A DNA stretch of 52,522 bases from a virus (lineage: Duplodnaviria > Caudoviricetes). Below are positions 37,371 to 44,798 of the stretch, one piece after another. Location: IMG/VR virus record IMGVR_UViG_3300032216_000546, positions 1-52,522 of that record, one strand, 5' to 3'. The notes under the pieces are model-generated. The model was given only the letters and a program-made list of their open reading frames with translations. It was not told the origin of the DNA and made no database searches. Within the stretch, counting starts at the first letter, position 1; each line of letters begins with the position of its first letter. The translations under genes were made by a program, and so were the position numbers.

Positions 37371-39317
37371 CTATTTTCTGTACCTGTTATCGATCCAAGA
37401 CTCCGCCGCAAGGGGGAAGTCTTTGGCCCATGTTGGCGGTGTGGTGAGCGCCAACATCATACGCTCTTCTACACATTTAGCATCTTCTTCCTTAGCTAAT
37501 GCCAGGACCTCATCATGGACCAAGTTGATCACATCTACGCCTTCTTCCTCCAACGCAACAGCCGCACCGGCAAGAAAATCCCTTGCAGTTCCTTGTACAC
37601 TGGACTGGAATATACTGGAGCCGATGAGCTTGTTGCGTCCCCATTTTCTAGTGAAAGTGTTCTGGCTGACAACGTACAATGTGTCAGCAAGTTTTCCCCA
37701 TGGGGTGTACTCCTGGACGACATCGGGACGTTGCCAACAGATCAGTCTGCCGCTAGGTAACTGCATCCACAATACCTTCTTAGAGTACTTGATCGTCACC
37801 TTACCGGCCTTGAACGGTTGGTTGGGGTTACGTACCGCATCCATGGCCGCTTGGCTCATCAAGAACCAACAGTTCTTCACCTTGGCATAAGACAGCCTAT
37901 ACGCGTTCACAGCGTCCTCGGCCTGTTTCTCCGACAAGACTACTCCCATACCCTCCGCATAAGCAACAAGGCCCTTTGCGCCCTGTCCAAACATGCATCC
38001 AAGCACGGCGGACTTGCTGACCTGCCTCATGTCCTTGGTGACCTCTTCGTAAGGCACATGGTACAGACTGGTAGACGCAAACGTCTTGTACTCGTCCAAG
38101 CCTTTTCTGAACAGCTCGACCTTGTCGTTTTGGCCCGCGATCCAAGACGCAACTCGGTTCTCAATCGAGCTCAAGTCGGCGTCTACGAACGTGGACCCCT
38201 CTGGCGCTTTGATGGCGTTTCTGACAATCGACGAGCATGCGTCCATGACCTTATCACCAAACTGCCCTCTAACAAAGTCAATGTTACCTGCCACAAGCGC
38301 TGTTAGAACGGCGTTCTCAATGTCTTTTTCTTTCATCCACAGTGCCGGCCGGGCAATGTTCTGCAGGTTGATGCCCCGACTGGCCCATCTGCCAGTGGAT
38401 GCCCCGTGGTACACAAGACCGTTCCTAATACGTCCACCAACCTGAACCTCGGACATCTTGTTGAACTTGGTCACCGACGTCTTAGACCCCTCCATACGCA
38501 ACTTGAGTACAGCATTAACGTCTGGGTCTGCGTGCGTCTTCTTGGCCTCGGCCTCAATGGTCTCCGCCTGCATGTCAGGTAGCTGTAAGCCACGAGTCGC
38601 GAACCACTCCAGTAGTTGGGCCCGTTTGGTAACTTCAATACCGCCAGTTAGTTTTACAATCTGTTCGTTGATGTGCTTGGTTTCAGACTCCACCACGTCA
38701 ATCACGTTGTCCAATTCGTTTGGGTCCACTGGGACGCCACGTTGGTTGATCTTTTGGGTGACAACCCAGACCTTCTGCTCTTCAGCAGATAGGGGGCGCA
38801 AGTTTTGCGCAATAGATATTTCAGTCTGCACGTCGCGTTTACAATACGCGAACATCTCGTTAATTAACTCAGTGTCCACATTGAACGTGCCGTCTTTTTT
38901 AGGCTTGCACAGCAACTGGATCAGGCGCTTGCCTCTCTTGTCTTTCTGAAACTCAGACTCTGTGACCTCGCCGGCGGTGTCCAGGTCCTGGGGCAGGTTG
39001 TTGGCCGCTGATATGGCCATGGTATCTACCAACTGCTCCCACTGGATACGGGGCCATCCAAGCCTCGTGCCAATGCGGTTCCATATCTGGTACTCAAACG
39101 CCGCGTTCCACGCGGAGATTAGGCCTTTATTCTCCGCATGGTCGAGTACCCACTTAGGAACGTCCTGTGGTGCCCATACTTCAACTGTTTCGGGGGTGAA
39201 TCCTGCGGCGATACAGATAATCTCTGTGCTATGGTGTGCAGAATACACATCCAATCCGCGGTCTTTAAGGTCGATGCGACTTCTGGTTTCAAAGTCGATT
39301 GACAAAATTTGTGACAT
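37371..39317 (-). CDS. DNA polymerase family A with 3'-5' exonuclease
   Basis: IDFETRS (ExoI), NAAFE, TGRWAS, DLSSIENRV (motif A), RQVSKSAVLG (motif B) and VHDE (motif C). Confidence 0.95.
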   Translation of the reverse strand: MSQILSIDFETRSRIDLKDRGLDVYSAHHSTEIICIAAGFTPETVEVWAPQDVPKWVLDHAENKGLISAWNAAFEYQIWNRIGTRLGWPRIQWEQLVDTMAISAANNLPQDLDTAGEVTESEFQKDKRGKRLIQLLCKPKKDGTFNVDTELINEMFAYCKRDVQTEISIAQNLRPLSAEEQKVWVVTQKINQRGVPVDPNELDNVIDVVESETKHINEQIVKLTGGIEVTKRAQLLEWFATRGLQLPDMQAETIEAEAKKTHADPDVNAVLKLRMEGSKTSVTKFNKMSEVQVGGRIRNGLVYHGASTGRWASRGINLQNIARPALWMKEKDIENAVLTALVAGNIDFVRGQFGDKVMDACSSIVRNAIKAPEGSTFVDADLSSIENRVASWIAGQNDKVELFRKGLDEYKTFASTSLYHVPYEEVTKDMRQVSKSAVLGCMFGQGAKGLVAYAEGMGVVLSEKQAEDAVNAYRLSYAKVKNCWFLMSQAAMDAVRNPNQPFKAGKVTIKYSKKVLWMQLPSGRLICWQRPDVVQEYTPWGKLADTLYVVSQNTFTRKWGRNKLIGSSIFQSSVQGTARDFLAGAAVALEEEGVDVINLVHDEVLALAKEEDAKCVEERMMLALTTPPTWAKDFPLAAESWIDNRYRK

Positions 39318-39353
39318 AAAATGCTCCTATGGCAAGCAGACGTATCTGCGGTT

Positions 39354-39384
39354 AAAAAAGGTGGGGGAGGGTTAACTCCCCCAC
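39354..39384 (-). terminator. Rho-independent terminator
   Basis: 9-bp GC stem GTGGGGGAG/CTCCCCCAC followed by T6 on the - strand. Confidence 0.75.
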
Positions 39385-39413
39385 TAAAGCTCTCCCCGAG
39401 AGCACACCAGAAA

Positions 39414-39689
39414 TTAATCAAACCACATTATATACAATAAACAACACACTGCGTGAGCTAAGTGAGACTTCCCTGTTTCGGAGTCTTTCTTCTCTCCCAT
39501 CTTCCACGCCATTATGTGGCGGGTTGCGGCGTCCCAGTATCTGTCTTGTGCGTCTGGAACTTTCATCCAGTTGTCCGGCGCATACTTGGTTGCGCCGTAC
39601 TCTAATACCTGTACAACCTCTTGGACAGAGGTCAGGGGCAATAGCGACCAACGAAGTTTTTCGTTGTCGAATTTAACCCCTTCCATCAT
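39414..39689 (-). CDS. dATP/dGTP diphosphohydrolase-like (DUF5664) protein
   Basis: GVKFDNEKLRWSLLP, GATKYAPDNW, RH..AW and DSETGKSHLAHA. Confidence 0.85.
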   Translation of the reverse strand: MMEGVKFDNEKLRWSLLPLTSVQEVVQVLEYGATKYAPDNWMKVPDAQDRYWDAATRHIMAWKMGEKKDSETGKSHLAHAVCCLLYIMWFD

Positions 39690-39805
39690 GCGCCCCAAGC
39701 GAACTTGGTGAGATGAAACAGCAAGCCTGTAATAACAGAACCCGCCCATGCTGCCACCACCATGGCGACAGCGTATCCAATAACCATCACTATTTTTTCT
39801 GTCAT
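39686..39805 (-). CDS. 39-aa membrane peptide
   Basis: AAGGAG RBS; MTEKIVMVIGYAVAMVVAAWAGSVITGLLF. Confidence 0.55.
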   Translation of the reverse strand: MTEKIVMVIGYAVAMVVAAWAGSVITGLLFHLTKFAWGA

Positions 39806-39824
39806 ACTGTTCTCCTTTTTAAAA

Positions 39825-41690
39825 TTATATCTCACATGCTCCGGCAACACAAGCAAGCATCTGAGCGCCTTCGACATTGTCTGTCACTTCTTTAAACTCT
39901 TCCCACTTGATTTGGGGCAGTTCCGCCTTCAACTTCTCGTACTCTTCCTCTGTACATTCCTCGTAAGGGGCCTGTCTGTACGTGCCACCGTCGTGTGGTA
40001 GAAAAGAGACACCAGACATCTCGTCAAAGAACTTCCATACAAACGCGCCGACCTCTGGCCACTCGTCTTCGGTCACCGAGATGGTCACTGAGGGCTTGTG
40101 CTCACACCAACTACGTTGGTACGTCAACCACAGCTTCAAGTGCTCGATGGCGTTAATGTCGTCTCTGGTCAATCCTTCAGGCGCCTTTTGTGGGAAACTA
40201 AACACCATGGTAGATGTTGGTTTCATGACACAGGGCTCGTTTGGTATGCCTTGTGCTACCAAGAATTGTGTCAATGGGTCCTTCATGTCGCCACGCACCC
40301 TGCGAATGTAGTACGGCGCATGTCTTGGGTGAATGCCACTGGCCGTGTCAGTCAACTGGCTCACTGTGCCACTAGGCTTAACCGCCGTAATAGCTGTTGA
40401 CCTTGGAATGCCAAGCAGGTCCGCAAACTCAGCGTTGGCCTCCTCAGCAACCTCGCGCAACGCCTCCAACCATGGTATCGCCTTCACTGGATCGCTCGTG
40501 ATCTTGTGGTCGTAGATACCGGTCAAAGAAACGCCCAATAAACGCTCTTCCTCAGTGTTTCTCTGCCAGACCTTACGCAGGTATGGGAAGTACGTGAACG
40601 TCGCCTGTATGGTACCAAGGATGGCCGCAATACGCACCTTCTGCTTGAGAGACTCCAAGGTGTCGTCTGGGCGGATCATTACCTCGGTCAGGTTACAAAA
40701 CTGGTAAGGGCGCAAAATAATCTCTGAGCATGGGTTTGTACCAAACTCGTAGTCCGCGTCGCGCTTACCGTACTTAGCTACCGCCGCTTTGGCCGCTTCA
40801 CGATTAAAGATACCGCGCTCACCTGAGTGACTGTTGTACAAGGACGTCCACTCTTCCAAGAACGTGCCCACCGTTGGTTTAACGTCGTACACCGCGCTGT
40901 TGTTGGCCAACGCACGATGCCCGCTTGTTTCCCACCAATTACCAGACTTGGCGTGGCGGATGCGGTCGTCATTCAAGTCACTCAAAGAGATCATGGCAGA
41001 ACGACGTACACCACCAACTACAACAACCTCGCCAATCTTGCACATCAAGTCATGGCATTCAAGGGTGTTGAGTTTACGACCCTGTGCGGCTTTGAATGTT
41101 TTGACTGTGAAGTGAAACAATTCTTCCAGGGGGCCTGGGCCGGATGCACGGCCACCAAAGGTCTTGAGCACCGTGCCTGCAGGGCGCACCTTGCTGACGT
41201 CCCATGTTGGTATCTCGCCGGCGTACAGGTTAGCAATAAGAACGCGCAGTGCCTTGGCCCAACCTTCTTTGCTGTCGTGCACGTTGATGTTGTGTTTGGA
41301 TTGAAACAAACGGTCTGGTACGTCAGGCAGTTTGTTGACGTACTTGGCCTCTACGGAAAATCCTACTCCAGTGCCACACAAAAGAATAAACATGGCCTCG
41401 TCAAACGACTTGACGTCGTCCACAGGCAAGTAAGAACAATTGTAGATACATGTGTTGTCACGGTCTGCGGCTTTGCCAGAGGTCATCATGGCGCGCATGG
41501 ATGGCATAATGTGCATGCCTTGGATGGCGTTAAAAATGTCTTGTTTAAGTGCGATTGGTAGTTTATCTGATTTGGCAAATATGTAGTCTACGTACCTGCT
41601 CACTGTGTCGGACCAGTCTTCTCTGCGGCCCATCTCTGGTAAAAATTTGGCGTATCTTGATTTATGGATATACGATTGGTATTGGTTCAT
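39825..41690 (-). CDS. nrdJ: Class II (B12-dependent) ribonucleotide reductase
   Basis: IYNCS, GGVRRSA, TNPCSEI, KPSGTVS and C-terminal CVAGACEI; no beta subunit nearby. Start reassigned to MNQYQ. Confidence 0.92.
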   Translation of the reverse strand: MNQYQSYIHKSRYAKFLPEMGRREDWSDTVSRYVDYIFAKSDKLPIALKQDIFNAIQGMHIMPSMRAMMTSGKAADRDNTCIYNCSYLPVDDVKSFDEAMFILLCGTGVGFSVEAKYVNKLPDVPDRLFQSKHNINVHDSKEGWAKALRVLIANLYAGEIPTWDVSKVRPAGTVLKTFGGRASGPGPLEELFHFTVKTFKAAQGRKLNTLECHDLMCKIGEVVVVGGVRRSAMISLSDLNDDRIRHAKSGNWWETSGHRALANNSAVYDVKPTVGTFLEEWTSLYNSHSGERGIFNREAAKAAVAKYGKRDADYEFGTNPCSEIILRPYQFCNLTEVMIRPDDTLESLKQKVRIAAILGTIQATFTYFPYLRKVWQRNTEEERLLGVSLTGIYDHKITSDPVKAIPWLEALREVAEEANAEFADLLGIPRSTAITAVKPSGTVSQLTDTASGIHPRHAPYYIRRVRGDMKDPLTQFLVAQGIPNEPCVMKPTSTMVFSFPQKAPEGLTRDDINAIEHLKLWLTYQRSWCEHKPSVTISVTEDEWPEVGAFVWKFFDEMSGVSFLPHDGGTYRQAPYEECTEEEYEKLKAELPQIKWEEFKEVTDNVEGAQMLACVAGACEI

Positions 41691-41713
41691 TGTTTTTATT
41701 AAATTTTGGGGAC

Positions 41714-41739
41714 AAAAAAGCCCCGAGGTTAGTCGGGGC
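41714..41739 (-). terminator. Rho-independent terminator
   Basis: GCCCCGA/TCGGGGC stem followed by T6 on the - strand. Confidence 0.8.
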
Positions 41740-41760
41740 ACCGTCGAGCGACTTTTTAGG

Positions 41761-41910
41761 TTACTCTTCGTCTTCTTCAGCTTCTGCTTCTGCTTCCATG
41801 TCAGCAATATACTGAATGTATTCTTGCATCAACTCTACTAAAGCGTAGTCGTCTGTGTTCAAAGTCAAATCGAAACCATAAGTGTCGACGCTAAAAGTGT
41901 ACTTGTACAT
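41761..41910 (-). CDS. 49-aa highly acidic protein (not in ORF track)
   Basis: MYKYTFSVDTYGFDLTLNTDDYALVELMQEYIQYIADMEAEAEAEEDEE; GAGGA RBS. Confidence 0.75.
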   Translation of the reverse strand: MYKYTFSVDTYGFDLTLNTDDYALVELMQEYIQYIADMEAEAEAEEDEE

Positions 41911-41927
41911 GCTAAATTTCCTCATGA

Positions 41928-42443
41928 TTAAATTGCAAAATCTGACGCTGCTGAGGATCCACCGCCTAAACGCTCACCGTCTTCCAACTTTTGCAAGTTG
42001 CCCAACCCGCAAGCAATGCCTTTTGAGCCCTGTGCGTTGTATGGGTAAAACGTTAAAGAGGCGCGCCCAAAGCAACCGCTGTAAAACTCTTCTGGATCAA
42101 TAATCGCGTTTAATTCTGCATCCACAACCCCAGGTTTCTGAACGGAGTTCGCGTTGATGAAAAATGCATTTTGATACGCATCGTCATCTTTCTCCGCATC
42201 ACCATCACGTAGACCACCTTTTAAACCCTTTGGCACTGCTCCGCCAAAGAAAGGTCCACTGGCTGCTTTTGTTTTCTCAAACGCCGCATTAAGTTTGGCA
42301 ATCGTTTCCTTGTCATTTTTGTCGATGATAATCGACACACTGTACTTGGGTGTTTTTCCCTCTTCACTTGCCACGGGTTTGAATACGTTAGCGTAGGAAA
42401 AACGAACTTTACCGGTCACCACTTTTTCATTGATCTTGGCCAT
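41928..42443 (-). CDS. ssDNA-binding protein (DUF2815 / T7 gp2.5-like)
   Basis: VRFSYANVFKP, LRDGD, FYSGCFGRAS, GIACGLGNLQK and acidic-aromatic end. Confidence 0.88.
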   Translation of the reverse strand: MAKINEKVVTGKVRFSYANVFKPVASEEGKTPKYSVSIIIDKNDKETIAKLNAAFEKTKAASGPFFGGAVPKGLKGGLRDGDAEKDDDAYQNAFFINANSVQKPGVVDAELNAIIDPEEFYSGCFGRASLTFYPYNAQGSKGIACGLGNLQKLEDGERLGGGSSAASDFAI

Positions 42444-42465
42444 CTTGGCCTCCTTATTTACTTTG

Positions 42466-42502
42466 TCGACGCCTCTTAATGTAGGTGGGCATCAAAAACC
42501 TA
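42466..42502 (-). promoter_or_regulatory. Predicted H-type pseudoknot in SSB mRNA leader
   Basis: UAGGU/ACCUA and UUGAUGCC/GGCGUCGA form interleaved stems. Confidence 0.55.
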
Positions 42503-43624
42503 TCAAGCGAATTCATTAACCGCCACAACAGGAACCAACTTTGGCTCCCCCTCTGGCTTGATAATCAACTCTCCTAACACTTCACCGAGTTGGCCTTTGC
42601 CGACCAACTTTTCTAATTGTGCCACACTTTTTAAACTCTGTGGCTCAAAAATATCTTTGTGTCCTTTAAGCAACAACAACATGGTTGCCTTATCGGTATC
42701 AACAATCTTTCTTTTTGTGTCTGTCTTGCCAACTTGGTAGCCTTCAGGTATTTCACCACTGTTGGTTGCCCTTGTCAACAAAAATTCTTCGACGTCTTTG
42801 ATCCACTTTTTTGTGTCACTAGATCGTTGTAAAACTGTCACAAGCTCGGCCTCTGTCAACAGCGGAGGCGCCTTAAAATCCATTGTAGCAGACAAGTCTG
42901 CAAAGTCATTGCGCGCCCTGCACTGTGACTTGGCACGACAAAACTGGCAATGGTCCCCTGGAACAAACTCACCCTGCCCCGTCCAGGCTTTTTTAGCTTT
43001 AGGTTTTACCACAAAGTCCGCCCAGTCCACCAGTTTCTCCAGTGTGGTTGCCTCTGTGGTAATACTCTCTAGCCTTGGTTGATGTATTGTGTACTCTACT
43101 GTATCAACGTTTGGGTACAGCTCTTTGTACTTGTACCACGCACCTAGTGCGTATAAGCGCAACTGCGGGTTGTCATCCGCGCTCACTGGCACGCCCTTAC
43201 CAAACTTTAAATCAATCACGCGCACCTTGTCGTGGCTCATGATCACCACGTCGGCGGTTCCAAACCCCTCCGGCACCCACTCGCTAAAGTCAACGCGCTG
43301 TTCAAAGTAAGGAGTGTCCCCTTCACCAATCTGGGACCGCACATAGACAACGTAGTTGTCCACGTAGGCCTCAAACTCTTCGTTGTAGTAGGGGGTTTCT
43401 TTAACCTCGTTTACAAGTGCAAGGTATTCCTTGCCAGTAATTTGGTTGTAGTGTCTCTTTAGTTTGGCGTCTGCTAAGTTGTGTGCTGTTGTGCCTTCCT
43501 CACTAAAGTTGAATGCGCCCTTTTTACGGGGCTGTTCTGGCAGGGTCGATTCCAGTCTGGCGCTTGGTAAACAAGTCATCCATCGTTTGGACCCCGATGC
43601 GGATAAAAGTGCGTGTGCGGCCAT
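42503..43624 (-). CDS. DUF2800 Cas4/RecB-like PD-(D/E)xK nuclease
   Basis: HALLSAS, FGTADV, IDLKFGKG, NPQLRLYALG and HCQFC..QC. Confidence 0.88.
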   Translation of the reverse strand: MAAHALLSASGSKRWMTCLPSARLESTLPEQPRKKGAFNFSEEGTTAHNLADAKLKRHYNQITGKEYLALVNEVKETPYYNEEFEAYVDNYVVYVRSQIGEGDTPYFEQRVDFSEWVPEGFGTADVVIMSHDKVRVIDLKFGKGVPVSADDNPQLRLYALGAWYKYKELYPNVDTVEYTIHQPRLESITTEATTLEKLVDWADFVVKPKAKKAWTGQGEFVPGDHCQFCRAKSQCRARNDFADLSATMDFKAPPLLTEAELVTVLQRSSDTKKWIKDVEEFLLTRATNSGEIPEGYQVGKTDTKRKIVDTDKATMLLLLKGHKDIFEPQSLKSVAQLEKLVGKGQLGEVLGELIIKPEGEPKLVPVVAVNEFA

Positions 43625-43659
43625 TTGTGTCTTTCTACAAAGATAGTGTCGCGAGTTGT

Positions 43660-43688
43660 CGGTAAGTTACACTTAGTGTAACTTACCG
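43660..43688. repeat. Perfect 29-bp palindrome (operator-like)
   Basis: CGGTAAGTTACACT-T-AGTGTAACTTACCG. Confidence 0.85.
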
Positions 43689-43721
43689 GATACATTATGC
43701 TACGTTTTTGTAAACAATACG

Positions 43722-44108
43722 TTACATTTTCTTTTTCAACGACTGGATCAAGTCGTTCACAGCGCTTCCAAAGTCTACAGTTACATCCGCTTTTAAATCA
43801 ATCTTTTGTGACTTATCCTCACGATAAGTTTCAGGGAATTGACCCCTGAGTGCAATTTCTGCCACCCTAGAGTTAAATGCCTTGTTCTCGACGTTCTCTA
43901 ATAGCTGACGTTCCCAATACGCTTGGCTCTCGGTGATCGCCCTGTCAAGGGCGTCTGCAAATTCAGGGTGATTTTTCTTAAATGTTTGGGCGGCTCCAGA
44001 CGAAATCTTGAGTGCCGAAAACATCATTTTCTGACTTGCGCCGATCTTCCCAAGCTCTATCAGCCTGTCGCACATGTCGTTTGTAAATGTGTACTTTGGT
44101 GTTGCCAT
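43722..44108 (-). CDS. terS: Putative terminase small subunit
   Basis: KY..MC..LIELG..GAS HTH-like start, HPEFADAL..A...SQAYWE and FNSR, then a beta-strand tail; P22/Sf6 TerS-like layout. Confidence 0.65.
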   Translation of the reverse strand: MATPKYTFTNDMCDRLIELGKIGASQKMMFSALKISSGAAQTFKKNHPEFADALDRAITESQAYWERQLLENVENKAFNSRVAEIALRGQFPETYREDKSQKIDLKADVTVDFGSAVNDLIQSLKKKM

Positions 44109-44137
44109 GTTATTCCTTATGTGAGAACTAATCAGTT

Positions 44138-44158
44138 CTCCTATAGAGAATTACCCAT
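44138..44158 (-). promoter_or_regulatory. Motif copy 5, upstream of the terS-like gene
   Basis: ATGGGTA ATTCTCTA TAGGAG on the - strand; 20/21 identical to copy 4. Confidence 0.65.
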
Positions 44159-44342
44159 TTTGGCTGTGCTTTTCGACCTTCTGTGGCTGGGTATTGCTGT
44201 CCCTGACCTGCGCCCTTTTCTTGGCCTCTTTGATCGTGTCGTTGATGATCAGGCGAGTAACCGCGCCGGCCATCTCAGCAATTCGCTGTTCCTTTGGTTG
44301 ATACCCCATGGATGCCATCAAGTTTTGTGCTTCGTTTCCCAT
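44151..44342 (-). CDS. Hypothetical protein
   Basis: AGGAG RBS; 63 aa. Confidence 0.65.
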   Translation of the reverse strand: MGNEAQNLMASMGYQPKEQRIAEMAGAVTRLIINDTIKEAKKRAQVRDSNTQPQKVEKHSQNG

Positions 44343-44508
44343 TTATTTCTCCTAGTTCGTTTAAAATTAACTTCAACTCTTCCGTCCCCTCAAACTCCCA
44401 AACCGTCATAAGTTCCTTGTTGGAATCTAACGTTGGTTCCTTAACAAAAAGCTGAACGTCTATGTCCACCCAGTTGTCTTTTGGTCTGTACTCAATAATG
44501 AAACTCAT
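44275..44508 (-). CDS. Hypothetical protein
   Basis: ATGA coupling with the upstream gene. Confidence 0.55.
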   Translation of the reverse strand: MSFIIEYRPKDNWVDIDVQLFVKEPTLDSNKELMTVWEFEGTEELKLILNELGEINGKRSTKLDGIHGVSTKGTANC

Positions 44509-44798
44509 ATCTTTAGTTCCTTGCGTATTTTACTTACCGCCGACCCGTACCAATACCGCCAGTACTTCTCAGTTACCGCCAGGTCGTGGTAGTTGTATCC
44601 CGCCAAGTGCGCTTCAATGATCTCACGTTGTTTGTCGTTCAACTTTTCACCAACGATGTTGTACACGTCTTGTATCGTGTCTGGCCCCCATGGCGCCCAA
44701 CCCAAAATGGCTGACGGTTCCGCTGTCGTATCGTCATGCTCAATCGGATCAGGCTCTTCGTCAGAAAGCCGGCGAATCGTTGCGTTTACTTTAATCAT
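44505..44798 (-). CDS. Small sigma-70 region 4-like HTH protein (putative regulator)
   Basis: LNDKQREIIEAHLAGYNYHDL..AVSKIRKEL resembles the region 4 helices. Confidence 0.5.
   Translation of the reverse strand: MIKVNATIRRLSDEEPDPIEHDDTTAEPSAILGWAPWGPDTIQDVYNIVGEKLNDKQREIIEAHLAGYNYHDLAVTEKYWRYWYGSAVSKIRKELKI

Noticed and set aside
39320-39413. Possible tRNA in the hairpin-rich gap
   Set aside because: Two simple hairpins with no cloverleaf or T-loop consensus; better explained as a terminator.
39414-39689. 2-aminoadenine (Z) genome system
   Set aside because: No PurZ or HD-family dATPase is in the window; DUF5664 alone is insufficient.
41691-41807. N-terminal extension of nrdJ given in the ORF track
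   Set aside because: It crosses a terminator and overlaps the 49-aa acidic gene; ATG at 41690 is more plausible.
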